Part shown: positions 40,901-57,382 of the stretch, piece by piece | Numbering within the stretch: position 1 is the first letter of the stretch | Layout: each line of letters opens with the position of its first letter | Assembly: GCA_964016885.1 (NCBI GenBank) | Contig: OZ024746.1 | Location: 26,660,001-26,724,000, forward strand | DNA from: Eledone cirrhosa | Lineage: Eukaryota | Length of the DNA stretch: 64,000 bases | Direction of reading: 5' to 3' | Program-made: the position numbers and the translations under genes | Notes under the pieces: generated by a model | Database searches by the model: none | What the model was told of the DNA's origin: nothing | The model's input: the letters and a program-made list of their open reading frames with translations, nothing else

Positions 40901-42948
40901 CAGAGCCAATTTCAATGGCAAACGGTGTCTAGCAAGGTGGCATTCCTGCACCCACTCTGTTTACCATCAATGACCATATCTTTCTTAATCGGGTGAAATA
41001 TTCCCTGGTTACGCGTTCCTTGTCACCGATACCATCATAGGATATATTCTCATCTATCCCTAGGTATCTGTAGCAGTTCTTGTCACATATCGGTGAAACA
41101 ATTAAGCTATTGATAAAAATGTTGCTAGATTGGCTTGTAGTTTTTCCCCGTTTTACAATCACATATGAACATTTAGGCTAAATTCCATTCCTATATCCTT
41201 TGAGAATGCCGTAACCAGGTCAAGATTTTTCTTCATCTCATTTATCTTTTTGGCATAGAGTTTCAGGTCATCCACAAAGAAATTATCGGTTAGGTTCCTA
41301 TTTCTCTCCTCCTGGGAACCAATTATGTATCCTTCACATTTCTTGAGCAGAAAGGACAAGGGGTTTAATGACAGAATAAATAGTAACACAGAGAGAATAT
41401 ACTCCTGTGATATTATATTTCATCCTTCTCCTCTGTTTTTAACTTTAGGATGGTAGCCCAAGAAGAAGATAGGTTCTCTATGGCTCTGATAATAGTATCT
41501 GGGACTATCATCCAAGAGTGGGGAACAGAACTTTCCTGTAGTCCAGCCAGACTGTAACCACATTCTTGCTAAGTTGTTGCATCTCTCATTCCAGCTGCTT
41601 GCTCATCTGTTATGATGTTATTATTGTCGCAGTGATTTTGGAGAAATAGGTTCAAGCAGGCTGCATACATTTTATACATTAGATTCTGGCATGCAACGTG
41701 TGGGTAGTTATTTTTTTAATTATAAATGGGTGTCTTTGGGGACCAATATTGTTTGTGTTAATGTCAACACCCCTGGTATATGTGCATCTCCCAGGAGGGC
41801 TTTCTGGTAGAGGTTGATCATATACATCCGATAGAATGTCAGTTTTTTGTACAAGTAGCTAATAATCAAGTCTCTTCCTGCTGTTTTATTAGCTTGGAGG
41901 TTTCCTATCACAGTCTGAAGGGTATCATCATTTAATCTGTATGGATTTGTTGCAGTGTAGGGGCAGTAGTTCTTTTGCATTTATAGGTGGAACTAGGACC
42001 AATACAACCGAATTAAGCTGAGGTAATGGTAATTCAAACAATTTAATTTTAATGATACTTCCAAAACTGGCTCCTTGTCTCATTAGAATTAAAACTGCTA
42101 GATCAGCAGTAGGAAATATTTTTATGCCGGTATACACACTTAGAAATTAACTGACATTCAATGAAGCCACAATTTGAAAAACATATAGTCCCGCTAAAGT
42201 TCAAGCCTTTGGAAATATATAATTACGTATGTAGGTGTTACTTTTCGTAACAAACATAATAAATTGAACAGATTAACGTTCAATATAATGAAATCAGCAA
42301 GAACGTTCTGCTTCTTTCAGTTGGCAGTAAATATTATTTTGGAAAGTTCGATATAAATATCTCAACCCTGTGTCAGAGTTTTTTCATGTTTGCCAGACCA
42401 TAACCAATATTGTTATAGCGAAGTTTATTGTGAAATAAACCTTCAATCATATACTGTATATGATATACATTTCAAAGTATATTATATATATAATATGAAT
42501 ACATTACACATTATAATAAATTGTAAACAAACGAAAGTAAGGTTTAAAAAAGTCGAACGTAATATAAATTCAATATCTTTAATGTTTCAATTAAAAAAAT
42601 ATAAATATAAAAAGTTTATATAACAAATAATTATCTAAAATATAGATATATATTTTACAGTTCCAGTTTGGTGTTATCAATAATACCATTTTAGTAGGAT
42701 TATAAATTTAAAGAAATGATACATAATATTACATAGGATATAAATGTAGAGTTCTCTGTTATATATCAAGCATTACAGAGAAATTAGATAAAATATTCAT
42801 AATTTTAGAAAATATATTTACAAAATTACAACAGTATTGTTGAGAATTGAAGCTGAAACACTTCTACATATTTATAACGATACACTTGTATCTGGGTGTC
42901 TAACTGACAGGGGTACCAAGGAATATTATAGATTGAGCATTAGATATT

Positions 42949-44077
42949 TCACATGTATGATTTAAGTATTTGTTGAATATGGTTTATATGTTCAAGAAGA
43001 GTATGTAGTGTAACCATGGTAAACCATCGATGTTCAATGATTGGAATATCTGTTGGTACAAAGAGACTCTCATTCACATCCTCATTGTTTTGGACTTTCG
43101 AAGACAACTGAAATATCTGAAAATAAAAGGATATATATCAGGTTAAAATATACTCATATAATCTTACATATATATGTATATACAGATATGCTATTAACGC
43201 TCTTACGTTAGTTTGAGCTTTATACTTTATACATATGTATTATCAAAGAATTTGCATTACTTAAATGTTAGTAGTATAACTCCTATATAAAGTATCTACT
43301 GTAGAAACTTCATTTCATTATAGGAAATATCAAATCAATTAACAATGGATATATTATATTATCAATACTTACTGGTAAACTTAGTAGAATTTTCAGATCA
43401 AACAAGTAATAAACAGTCTGTCTTAGATAACAATAGAATATAGCATCTGATGTTCGTGTGAGTTTAGAACAAGCAGCTGGGTAGTAACACTGTGCCCCTA
43501 TACGTGTGGCAGGAGCACACAGATTGTCATATTCTCTCTTCACCTGATTCTTCATCACAACAACATATTTATTAAGAGTTGTAGACATGTTGAACAGAGA
43601 CATCTGTAATGAAGAATTGTGAGAAATTATATATTTCAGAATCACTGTCATTTCTATAAAATGTATTATGAGTTCATGAGACAATAAACATAAGATGTTC
43701 AAAGCTAATATATTGTTTTGTCTTAATTTTATGATATTGTGCTAATGATAGAAATATATATATACAAACCTTTAATAAATCAATGTTGTTGACGGTGATA
43801 TTGTCCTGAATATTCATCTGTGGAAATTTAACATCCATATTGTGGAGTAACTTGTTTATAAATTGTGGACAGCTTTTAGCAAACAGCAATGGAGTATTGT
43901 TACACTGTAGAAAAATATATAACACTTTATGAGATAGGATGGAGAGTCTGACACATGATATATGGAACACATTATTTCAATTTAGATTATACTAATATAT
44001 CTATTATAAATATTCATCTGAGTGAGAAAGTCAGAGTGATAGAGACAGAGAGAGTGAGAGACAGAGAGAGAGAGAGA

Positions 44078-44163
<86 letters not shown>

Positions 44164-45017
44164 AATTGATAAAGATAGAAAAATAAAGAGAGAAAGAGAG
44201 AGAGTAAGAGAGAGATAGTAAGAAAAGATTGGGAAAAGTAATGAATTCTTAACTTACATAATTAATCAAAGTATTGTTTACGGCTGCTGTGGTTCTTTTT
44301 GTTAACGTCAATGCCGTATCTATTTCAGTTTTTATATCAGATATATCAGATAATTCAGTTGTTGTTGTTGTAGATTGTATAGGTAATCCATGGATCAATG
44401 TCATCCATGTTGAGAGACATAAAACCAATGTATATTGCCAATCTGGAGGAGAAAAAAAGGTATAAAGATTTTATTAATTAAACAAGGAAATATTTAAACT
44501 TTATCAGTAATTAATACGAGAAATATTTTATTATATTTTAAGAGAAGAATTAGATTCTGGAACATTGATGAATATTTAAATTAGGAATATTGGGGATTTC
44601 TACACAGAAGCAGGAACTAAATCTTCGCGAAATCATACCCCACTGTGTAAACAAAATTATAGACAGATTTCATAATGAATTTCAAGATAATCAATAACTA
44701 AATTGATGACGAGATGCTTAGTTATGGAGAGCCTTAGACTATAGTATGGTTGTAGTGTACTACAAAAATAAACAAACAATATTATAAACTCTCATTTAGC
44801 AGCAACTATATGGTTGTAGAACACTGAATGTCACCTCCCCAACTGTGAACATTCCTCCTACAACACACATAGATAGATAAAATAGAATAATTATAAGAAA
44901 AGAAAGAGAAGATACTGAAGAATAATCATTGGATAAATGGGAAAGTATGTGAAGAAAGACATCTTACGATTAAACACACGATCACATAACTGATGGGGAA
45001 TGGGTCATTTACCTGAG

Positions 45018-45049
<32 letters not shown>

Positions 45050-45122
45050 TACATTAACTGAGAAAGGCTTAAGCGATACTCTGACCAACTCCATCTCACT
45101 CAACAAACATTAGGATATACCA

Positions 45123-45218
<96 letters not shown>

Positions 45219-45477
45219 CAACTCAAACAGTAATATTACAGTGACTATAACATAGAATATTCTACTTACACATGTTGATCTTTTATAAATTTGTTAGAGG
45301 AAATATAAGTTAATGTGAGACGTCAGTAAATTTGCTTTGTACTCTTTTGAATACAATTAATAAATGATAGTCAATAGAATTATAATGTGACTTTATATAC
45401 TTACCAGTGAAATTTATATATTTGGAAATACCGTTGATATATATATTGAAGATGGAGAATTTGAAAGTTCCCAACAT
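42949..45477 (-). CDS. Intact 5-exon putative helical cytokine gene, copy D (263 aa)
   Basis: Exons 45477-45405, 44442-44258, 43904-43770, 43603-43373, 43116-42949. Same exon sizes and GT-AG sites as copy C; open frame. Confidence 0.85.
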
Positions 45478-46532
45478 CCATAGTTTACTATTTGGATGAG
45501 ATTAGATTTACTTTAAGTTGTAGAGACCGGCGTATCTATTTATAATCCCAATTTTAGTAGGAGAGATAAAAGTAGAGGGAGAGAAGGACGGGGTGAGAGG
45601 ATGGTGAGAGAAAAAAGAGAAAGTTAAGTGAGAGAGAGAGGGGGAGAGGGAGAGGGGTAGGGAGGGAGTGAAAGTAATATGTAGGATGGAGGACGTGTGA
45701 ATGGAGGGAGAAGAAGAGAGTAGTTAAGTGTAACAATGAATAACTACTTTTATCTTAACTTTAGGTCAAAAGTCTATTTTACTTTATTTCATTGATGGGA
45801 AACATTTATTTCGTAGAAGTGTCATTTTAAACGTTTAGAATCACACACAAACACAAATCTTGGTTTTATATATATTATGTTTCTCTCAGTGCCAAAACTT
45901 CCAACAAAGATTTTGATGCTAAGAAGTAAATGCTATTTATGTTAAAATATTTGTGTTTTTCATATTGTAATATTTTCAATTTCTTCTGATAAAGAAATTC
46001 GCGTTTAATTTATTGTGTATTGTTTTGTTTGTCTGTTTGTTTTGTTGTTTTTTTTTTATTTTATTTTCGATATTCCATAACCTCCGCTGAGAAAATACCA
46101 CAATTCTTGGGTTATTTCACACTTTCATTATGAAACATAAGACGGAAGTGTTACAATACATGTGACCTCCTACACAGCATCACACTGTCATAGTAATAGT
46201 AAAATATATGTCAGTTTCCATAAACGCTGAAACATAACTGAAAGTAAACAATTATCATTTAGTAAATATAGAATATTAAAGAGGTTATATTTTATATTAC
46301 GTGCATGTGGTTAAAATGTCTGAAGAATGAATCAATGGACAGATTTGACGGACAAAACCAACTGGCAGGGTACCCTGGGTGCAACCCGAGTAAGACGGTA
46401 GGGTAAAATACATGAGATCGGCTGGTCTAAATTGAGTATCCAGCCAGATCAAATATTGATTAAACAGATCATCAATAGTTTTGGAGGATTGGGGGTCATC
46501 CTTCTCTCTCCGTATTACATGAGTTATAATTT

Positions 46533-46815
46533 ATAGGTCTGTTAATTTTCTCCAGTGTATAGGTGTGGTGATCTTCTCCAGTCTATAGGTGTGGTGATTT
46601 TCTCCATTCTATAGGTGTGGGGATTTTCTCCAGTCTATAGGTGTGGTGGTGATTTTCTCCAGTCTATAGGTCTGTTAATTTTCTCCAGTCTATAGGTGTG
46701 GTGATTTTCTCCTGTCTATAGGTGTGGTGATTTTCTCCAGTCTATAGGTGTGGTGATTTTCTCCTGTCTATAGGTATGGTGATTTTCTCCAGGCTATAGG
46801 TCTCGGGGATTTTAT
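46533..46815. repeat. 26-bp minisatellite (~11 copies)
   Basis: Same repeat unit as 2222-2685. Confidence 0.95.
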
Positions 46816-47266
46816 TCAAGATTTGTAAGCCGTATATTTAGTTTGACTTAGTACAATATTTCTATGAGTGAACTACTTGAGTGTCTGGTTGATGTGTTAA
46901 TGTTACTACAATAGAAATAATTACCTATAGGAAAATAATAATAGTATGGCACAGTTCATTACTGGTATCTTTGGATCAACACATCTATCAACAAATCTAC
47001 CAACTAATCTATCAGATGTCACGATAAATCTCTGGTCAAAATATTTACCATTAATCACTTGTTTGTACACTTCTCTTTTATTTTAAACCTATTCATCGTG
47101 TTGGAGTTCTTCAGGTTGGTTCCTTCCAATCCTTTGGAACACATAATAATTGATTGTGTACACCTGTCTTCAGAGAATCTTGCAACAATTTAGTAATCAC
47201 AATTCAATATATATATATATAGTGACGAAACATAAGTCAATTGCATGAACTCATAATCCTTTATTT

Positions 47267-47322
47267 ACTGCTATATATATTTCGATGATAGCCATTGAAT
47301 GGCTATGACCTCATCGGGCAGT
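47267..47322 (-). ncRNA. Type I hammerhead ribozyme, family A, core variant CCGATGA
   Basis: Same as 3136-3191. Confidence 0.7.
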
Positions 47323-49402
47323 TAGTCAGTTCTTAGATATGCCAGCTCTGTGTTTATAGTGTTGATGGTATCAGAGCCTTGGGACATATATATATATGGT
47401 AGGGGGGTGTAGGCATGATTCTCATGTTGAATACAGAAAATATGTATGCATCAGTCATGTAATAAGAAATGATACTAATAATTACTCCTGACAGAAATCT
47501 AAGAGAAAACATTCAAGGAAAAAAGGTGTAGCTAATCAAAATGACTTCAGTACATCACAGGTGTTATTTTATTGATTTTCGATGATTTGAAATCAAACCT
47601 TAATGACATAACTAATTAACGTGAATCTAACATCTAACCTAATGATAATTGTTTATATTAATATCATTTTTTGCATAGACACAATAGCACAAAGCATAAT
47701 CTATTATATCTATTTTGGTACAATATGCTATATTATCTATTATATCTATTTTGGTACAGTATGCTATATTATGTTCTCGTCATTATTATTGTTTGTGTCA
47801 TGGCTTCAGTTTATGGTTTCTATGGCTTTAGTTTATGGTTTTTTTCATCAGAATCCGGCATATTTGGGGACAAATCAGTGTCAACCAGGACACATTAATA
47901 AGCCGGATGGAATAACGTGACTGATCATACAAACTGAGGTAATCCCGGCCACAACAGGAAATACAGTCTGTCTATCCACATACATTTATACATATAAACT
48001 GATCTCCATTCCTTTTACTGTAACACAACTAATATGTGGCTGGGTACTAATGTTAAACATTACTATTATTATTCGGATCCGGCTATCAGCTGAGTTTATC
48101 ATAAAGACTGCCCCACCGCCCTTTTTAACCAGGAACGGTAGGCAGTTTTTATCTGCCTAGTGGCCATGGTGATAGAGATCATATGTTTTTAGGATTCACT
48201 TGAAAAGGAAAATCGGGGTGGAGAGGGAAGTGCTGATTTCCAGCCAGTTTATTGAAAGATGGGTGAGAGATGTAATAATGGCCCGTGTGAATGTGTCTGC
48301 CCTGAGCGTGTGCCTGTATTACTGAAGGAAGACAATGCTTGCCTTAACAGTCTGGGTGACCTTGGCTTATGTAGGCTTTCTCCACATGTACCCATTGGAG
48401 TCTCCTCGCCTTTGGGGATTTATGTTTGTTGTTTTAAATGTTTATTGCGTTAATATCTGTTATAAATATTATTTTACACAAAAAATCTACAAGAAAGCAT
48501 TTGGGAGTACCGGTAGAGCGTAGAGTTAAGTCCCTTTACATTATGAGTTCAAATCCCGCCGCGGTTAACTTTGCCTTTCTTCCTTACGGGGTCGATAAAA
48601 TAAAGCAGCAATTTAAACATTCATACCTGATATACATAAACAAAATATTATCTTGCTTCACACCCACCCGCACACACACATACACATATGTGTGTGTGTG
48701 TCTGTCTGTGTGTGTGTAAATAAACAACCAGGATTAAATTAAATCATTTAATATTTTACGAATGATACATAAAAGAAAAGAATGAAACTAAATGTAGTTG
48801 AAATAGATGTTGATAAATGTAAAATTTGTGTTTACAAATGTTTAATTGTTCTTTTCAAGTGGCTTGGGAAATACACTATTGAGGCAATAATTTCTTCGTT
48901 ATTTTGATAGATAGATTTATTTATTTATTTTGATAGATAGTAACCGGATACTACTAATAAACTTACATTAATATATTGCCATTTATACATAATCAATCAT
49001 TAATTAATACACATTGCCTTCAATTAACAAAGTATTTATGACAAATTTATAAAAGATGCAATATTTGAAAATATCGGATTGAAAATATGTAAAAATATAG
49101 CCCCGACATAAAATTTTATGAGGAACATCAAATTAAGCCCTGTACTTAATCAGCCATTAAATTTATTCTTCTCAATATTTTACTAAACTTTTAGACACAT
49201 TCAATTTTTTCCAAACATCAGTTGTTAAAATGTTACCCAAACACACATGCTACTGTTTCGAAAATTACTTTTGAATTATATTTGTATACACAGATAATTA
49301 AGACTTTACAAAATAAAGTGTTCAAAAACTATTTTTTTTTTACTTTCTCTCTCTCATACTCTCACTCTCGACACAAACACATACATTCATGCAGACAGAC
49401 AA

Positions 49403-49517
<115 letters not shown>

Positions 49518-49571
49518 ATATATATATATATAATATATATAAGATCAAAAGATGGTTAAATGTGTTCCATG

Positions 49572-49642
49572 TATTTTATTATGCGCATTTCAAAGACAAA
49601 AATCATCATGCAATAACATTTGTGTTTTCATCAGATAAAATA
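49572..49642 (-). ncRNA. Type I hammerhead ribozyme, family B
   Basis: Same motif with one extra stem II mismatch; element ~49541-49722. Confidence 0.78.
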
Positions 49643-52600
49643 GGAGGACATGATATGAAGGTTAAAAACACTTGTGGATAGTGCAGTTTTAATATCGTAC
49701 TACAATAAAACTCACCTCCTACATATATATATATATATATATATACATTTACATATATATATTTATATATATATACATTTACATATATATATATATATAT
49801 ATATATATGGTAAAACCCAGATAGACCATAACCCACCAGAGTACTTGATATTTGGGGTAGTAGAGTGGGTAACATGAAAAGATTCAGGACCCCGACGGCT
49901 GAACTCCGGCCGTTTCGACAGCTAGATCAAAACTAAAGCGCCAGTAGTCGTGATTAAGGAAGTGGTTTTTATACCGGCTCTCTCACATACCCACATATCT
50001 CCAGGATTCGTTTCTTGATATTGATTCAATGAAGAGACCTCAGATCGTAAATTATCGCAATTCATTTACTTCGGCACAGGTTGAAAGAGTTGTCCCTCCG
50101 GCCCACGAAACGTACGACTCTCGTATGGCGCCATTGTAGTAACAATAAATGTAGAAGAACATTGTAGGAGAAATTTTCACAGTTGGGGAGGTGACATTCA
50201 GTGTTCTACAATCATGTAGTTGCTGCTAAATGAGAGTTTACAATATTCTTTGTTTATCTTTTTAGTAATTGGGAAATTCCTACACTATAACCATATCTAT
50301 AGTCTAATGCTCTCCATAACTGACCATCTCTTCATCAATTTAGCTATTATTTATCTTGAAATTCATTATGAAATCTGTTTATAAATTTATTTACACAGTG
50401 GCGTATGATTTCGCGAATATTTAGTTCTTGCTTCTGTGTAGAAATCCCCAATATACCTAATTTAAATATTTATCACTGATCCAGAATGTAATTATTCTCT
50501 TAAAATATAATAAAATATTTCTGGTTTTAATTACTGATGAAGTTTAAATATTTCCTTGTTTAATTAATAGAATCTTTAAACCTTTTTTTCTCCTCCAGAT
50601 TGGCAATATACATTGGTTTTATACATCTCAACATGGATGACATTGATATATATTCTTTTATTTTCAGATATTCCAGTTGTTTTCAAAAGTCCAAAACAAG
50701 TAATACCCTCATCGCCCCAATCCTATTTCCAGAGAGACCTGCCTACACGCAAGTTGTAAATAATATATAACAAATAAAATAGTTAATTTTTATATAATAA
50801 AATAATGTAATATATTCTATGTATAAATAAATATTATATATTTTTTATTTTACTATATTGATATATATTGTTATACTTGGGGAGGGTCATATTTGTGTAA
50901 TATTGCCAGAATTAATAATAGAACACACTTACTGTTGAGTTGGTTTTCGCTTTTCATTTCTGTGTCTTTTATATCGGTAATCTAATTTATTCGGTCCTCA
51001 ATGTTGCCATTCACTGACCAACGGTCAAAAATAATACAGATACAATATAGACACAAACACATATATATATAGTTTATCAACGTTCTTTCGTTGTACATCT
51101 GCAACATCGTCAGTGGTGCTATTGTTTCCTCCCGTTACATTGTATTTTCTACGCCATCTTCATTTAGTCTGTTTATATATTTATTTATTTGTTTATTTTA
51201 TTTTGACTTCTTTGCGCATGCGTTTGCGTGTGTGTATAGTGTTTTGTTTGATGTGTGTTCGTGATTGGGTGACTGTGTATTGGTTAATGTATTCTATCTT
51301 TACTAGTGTGTGTTTATATGTGTTTGTTGTTATTGTTGTCTATGTTACCGTCGTGTTGTCTGGCATGTTCGTATAGTACTGATCCGTTTTTTCGTCCTTT
51401 TAGTTCCCCCCAGTGTTGGTCTATCCTTTCACCTGTGCTACGAGCTGTCTCGCCTATGTATGTTGCTGTCATGTTTCTGCAAGTACCCTCTGTACATCTT
51501 ATGCTATAGACTACGTTTCTAGCTTTACAATTTATCCGTATAAATTTTATATTTTATATTTTATATTTTATATTTCATATTTTATATTTTATATTTTATA
51601 TTTTATATTTTATATACTATTATATCATTTCTATCGTCCCCTTAGGCCGAAGCACCCCAGGACCTTCTCAACGCTCTCGGGGTGGGGGCGTTAGCGTCCA
51701 CTTTAAGAACCTTTGGTTTATGCGGTGGCATTTTTCCTCTGGTCAGTTCCCCATAAAATAACCGTTTAGGAAGCCCTTCATCTTCCATCCTGCTCAAGTC
51801 ACCTGCCCAATGCATCTAGCTCATTATAATCCTTATCTCAATACTAGTGCTACCCGCTTTTACGGTACAGCAGTATCAGATGTGTAAGAGGACCACTTGA
51901 TGTTCAGTAAGCGTGGGATACAAGATAAATCACAATGAGTGGATTGATGATAATGATGTTGCAATCACCAAGCCTAGTGAAGAGAAAAATAACTTGTATT
52001 GAAGTGTCTTGTTGCAGATGGTCCAGTGATGATCACTTTTGAGAAGACCTTCAAAGAAACAAAGTCAAAACTGCCATATAAATTTCTAAGAATGAAGAAT
52101 AAATTATGGTCTGAAGTTTCAGCCGAGATTCAGAAAGATTATAACTGCAGAGAATTACAGCACAATAAGTTAAGCTTTTGGCTCAGCGCACTAAAACATG
52201 GCACCATTGAAGTAAAGAGATGGGAAAGCCCTCATCAAAGAGATGGACACAATGAAACTCTAGATTTTGATGGAATACCTGTTGAGCTGATCCGCTTTCG
52301 AGGTGACAATGTTGCTATGGCCATTCATAGACTAGTCTCATCAGTTTGGCATTGTGGGCCTATCCCGCAAGGCTGGGTAGATGCAATTTTGCTCTTGATT
52401 TACAATGGCAAGAGCTCCAAGTTTAAATGCGGTGGTTATCGTAGTATAAGTCTGCTCGATTCGGAAGGGAATGTTGTATCCAAGGTCTTGCTGAATCGTC
52501 TAAATGGATCTGTCCTGGGGCCATCCCTGATAGCCAGGAACTAGGCGGAGTACTGTGGACAGGATTTTTGCAGTCCATCAGCTTCTGGAGTGCGTTGAGC

Positions 52601-54837
52601 AGCAAGTGTCACTGTACAAAGTATTTGTGAACTTTATCAAAGCCTTTGATACTGTTAATCGTAGTACATTGTGAATCATATTGGGGAAATTTGGATGACG
52701 TCATGAATTTGTTGGAATATGCAAAAAATTCCATCAAAATATGAAAACAAAAGTGAACTTCAACGGGACACTTTCAGAGCCAATTTCAATGGCAAACGGT
52801 GTCTAGCAAGGTGGCATTCCTGCACCCACTCTGTTTACCATCAATGACCATATCTTTCTTAATCGGGTGAAATATTCTCTGGTTACGCGTTCCTTGTCAC
52901 CGATACCATCATAGGATATATTCTCATCTATCCCTAGGTATCTGTAGCAGTTCTTGTCAGATATCGGTGAAACAATTAAGCTATTGATAAAAATGTTGCT
53001 AGATTGGCTTGTAGTTTTTCCCCGTTTTACAATCACATATGAACATTTAGGCTAAATTCCATTCCTATATCCTTTGAGAATGCCGTGACCAGGTCAAGAT
53101 TTTTCTTCATCTCATTTATCTTTTTGGCATAGAGTTTCAGGTCATCCACAAAGAAATTATCGGTTAGGTTCCTATTTCTCTCCTCCTGGGAACCAATTAT
53201 GTATCCTTCACATTTCTTGAGCAGAAAGAACAAGGGGTTTAATGACAGAATAAATAGTAACACAGAGAGAATATACTCCTGTGATATTATATTTCATCAG
53301 TGAAAATAGCATCCTTCTCCTCTGTTTTTAACTTTAGGATAGTAGCCCAAGAAGAAGATAGGTTCTCTATGGCTCTGATAATAGTATCTGGGACTATCAT
53401 CCAAGAGTGGGGAACAGAACTTTCCTGTAGTCCAGCCAGACTGTAACCACATTCTTGCTAAGTTGTTGCATCTCTCATTCCAGCTGCTTGCTCATCTGTT
53501 ATGATGTTATTATTGTCGCAGGGATTTTGGAGAAATAGGTTCAAGCAGGCTGCATACATTTTATACATTAGATTCTGGCATGCAACGTGTGGGTAGTTAT
53601 TTTTTTAATTATAAATGGGTGTCTTTGGGGACCAATATTGTTTGTGTTAATGTCAACACCCCTGGTATATGTGCATCTCCCAGGAGGGCTTTCTGGTAGA
53701 GGTTGATCATATACATCCGATAGAATGTCAGTTTTTTTTACAAGTAGCCAATAATCAAGTCTCTTCCTGCTGTTTTATTAGCTTGGAGGTTTCCTATCAC
53801 AGTCTGAAGGGTATCATCATTTAATCTGTATGGATTTGTTGCAGTGTAGGGGCAGTAGTTCTTTTACACTTATAGGTGAAACTAGGACCAATACAACCGA
53901 ATTAAGCTGAGGTAATGGTAATTCAAACAATTTAATTTTAATGATACTTCCAAAACTGGCTCCTTGTCTCATTAGAATTAAAACTGCTAGATCAGCAGTA
54001 GGAAATATTTTTATGCCGGTATACACACTTAGAAATTAACTGACATTCAATGAAGCCACAATTTGAAAAACATATAGTCCCGCTAAAGTTCAAGCCTTTG
54101 GAAATATATAATTTCGAATGTAGTTGTTACTTTTCGTAACAATCATAATAAATTGAACAGATTAACGTTCAATATAATGAAATCAGCAAGAACGTTCTGC
54201 TTCTTTCAGTTGGCAGTAAATATTATTTTGGAAAGTTCGATATAAATATCTCAACCCTGTGTCAGAGTTTTTTCATGTTTGCCAGACCATCACCAATATT
54301 GTTATAGCGAAGTTTATTGTGAAATAAACCTTCAATCATATACTGTATATGATATACATTTCAAAGTATATTATATATATAATATGAATACATTACACAT
54401 TATAATAAATTGTAAACAAACGAAAGTAAGGTTTAAAAAAGTCGAACGTAATATAAATTCAATATCTTTAATGTTTCAATAAAAAAAATATAAATATAAA
54501 AAGTTTATATAACAAATAATTATCTAAAATATAGATATATATTTTACAGTTCCAGTTTGGTGTTATCAATAATACCATTTCAGTAGGATTATAAATTTAA
54601 AGAAATGATACATAATTTTACATAGGATATAAATGTAGAGTTCTCTGTTATATATCAAGCATTACAGAGAAATTAGATAAAATATTCATATTTTTAGAAA
54701 ATATATTTACAAAATTACAACAGTATTGTTGAGAATTGAAGCTGAAACACTTCTACATATTTATAACGATACACTTGTATCTGGGTGTCTAACTGACAGG
54801 GGTACCAAGGAATATTATAGATTGAGCATTAGATATT

Positions 54838-55970
54838 TCACATGTATGATTTAAGTATTTGTTGAATATGGTTTATATGTTCAAGAAGAGTATGTAGTGT
54901 AACCATGGTAAACCATCGATGTTCAATGATTGGAATATCTGTTGGTACAAAGAGACTCTCATTCACATCCTCATTGTTTTGGACTTTCGAAGACAACTGA
55001 AATATCTGAAAATAAAAGGATATATATCAGGTTAAAATATACTCATATAATCTTACATATATATGTATATACAGATATGCTATTAACGCTCTTACGTTAG
55101 TTTGAGCTTTATACTTTATACATATGTATTATCAAAGAATTTGCATTACTTAAATGTTAGTAGTATAACTCCTATATAAAGTATCTACTGTAGAAACTTC
55201 ATTTCATTATAGGAAATATCAAATCAATTAACAATGGATATATTATATCATCAATACTTACTGGTAAACTTAGTAGAATTTTCAGATCAAATAAGTAATA
55301 AACAGTCTGTCTTAGATAACAATAGAATATAGCATCTGATGTTCGTGTGAGTTTAGAACAAGCAGCTGGGTAGTAACACTGTGCCCCTATACGTGTGGCA
55401 GGAGCACACAGATTGTCATATTCTCTCTTCACCTGATTCTTCATCACAACAACATATTTATTAAGGGTTGTAGACATGTTGAACAGAGACATCTGTAATG
55501 AAGAATTGTGAGAAATTATATATTTCAGAATCACTGTCATTTCTATAAAATGTATTATGAGTTCATGAGACAATAAACATAAGATGTTCAAAGTTAATAT
55601 ATTGTTTTGTCTTAATTTTATGATATTGTGCTAATGATAGAAATATATATATACAAACCTTTAATAAATCAATGTTGTTGACGGTGATATTGTCCTGAAT
55701 ATTCATCTGTGGAAATTTAACATCCATATTGTGGAGTAACTTGTTTATAAATTGTGGACAGCTTTTAGCAAACAGCAATGGAGCATTATTACACTGTAGA
55801 AAAATATATAACACTTTATGAGATAGGATGGAGAGTCTGACACATGATATATGGAACAAATTATTTTAATTTAGATTATACTAATATATCTATTATAAAT
55901 ATTCATCTGAGTGAGAAAGTCAGAGTGATAGAGACAGAGAGAGTGAGAGACAGAGAGAGAGAGAGAGAGG

Positions 55971-56046
<76 letters not shown>

Positions 56047-57000
56047 AATTGATAAAGATAGAAAAATAAAGAGAGAAAGAGAGAGAGTAAGAGAGAGATA
56101 GTAAGAAAAGATTGGGAAAAGTAATGAATTCTTAACTTACATAATTAATCAAAGTATTGTTTACGGCTGCTGTGGTTCTTTTTGTTAACGTCAATGCCGT
56201 ATCTATTTCAGTTTTTATATCAGATATATCAGATAATTCAGTTGTTGTTGTTGTAGATTGTATAGGTAATCCATGGATCAATGTCATCCATGTTGAGAGA
56301 CTTAAAACCAATGTATATTGCCAATCTGGAGGAGAAAAAAAGGTATAAAGATTTTATTAATTAAACAAGGAAATATTTAAACTTTATCAGTAATTAATAC
56401 GAGAAATATTTTATTATATTTTAAGAGAAGAATTAGATTCTGGAACATTGATGAATATTTAAATTAGGAATATTGGGGATTTCTACACAGAAGCAGGAAC
56501 TAAATCTTCGCGAAATCATACCCCACTGTGTAAACAAAATTATAGACAGATTTCATAATGAATTTCAAGATAATCAATAACTAAATTGATGACGAGATGC
56601 TTAGTTATGGAGAGCCTTAGACTATAGTATGGTTGTAGTGTACGACAAAAATAAACAAACAATATTATAAACTCTCATTTAGCAGCAACTATATGGTTGT
56701 AGAACACTGAATGTCACCTCCCCAACTGTGAACATTCCTCCTACAACACACATAGATAGATAAAATAGAATAATTAAAAGAAAAGAAAGAGAAGATACTC
56801 AAGAATAATCATTGGATAAATGGGAAAGTATGTGAAGAAAGACATCTTACGATTAAACACACGATCACATAACTGATGGGGAATGGGTCATTTACCTGAG
56901 ATATATATATATATATATATATATAATTAATACATTAACTGAGAAAGGCTTAAGCGATACTCTGACCAACTCCATCTCACTCAACAAACATTAGGATATA

Positions 57001-57080
<80 letters not shown>

Positions 57081-57090
57081 TGTGTGTGTG

Positions 57091-57124
<34 letters not shown>

Positions 57125-57382
57125 ACAACTCAAACAGCAATATTACAGTGACTATAACAAAATATTCTACTTACACATGTTGATCTTTTATAAATTTGTT
57201 AGAGGAAATATAAGTTAATGTGAGACGTCAGTAAATTTGCTTTGTACTCTTTTGAATACAATTAATAAATGATAGTCAATAGAATTATAATGTGACTTTA
57301 TATACTTACCAGTGAAATTTATATATTTGGAAATACCGTTGATATATATATTGAAGATGGAGAATTTGAAAGTTCCCAACAT
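54838..57382 (-). CDS. Intact 5-exon putative helical cytokine gene, copy E (263 aa)
   Basis: Exons 57382-57310, 56325-56141, 55793-55659, 55492-55262, 55005-54838. Same exon sizes and GT-AG sites as copy C; open frame. Confidence 0.85.
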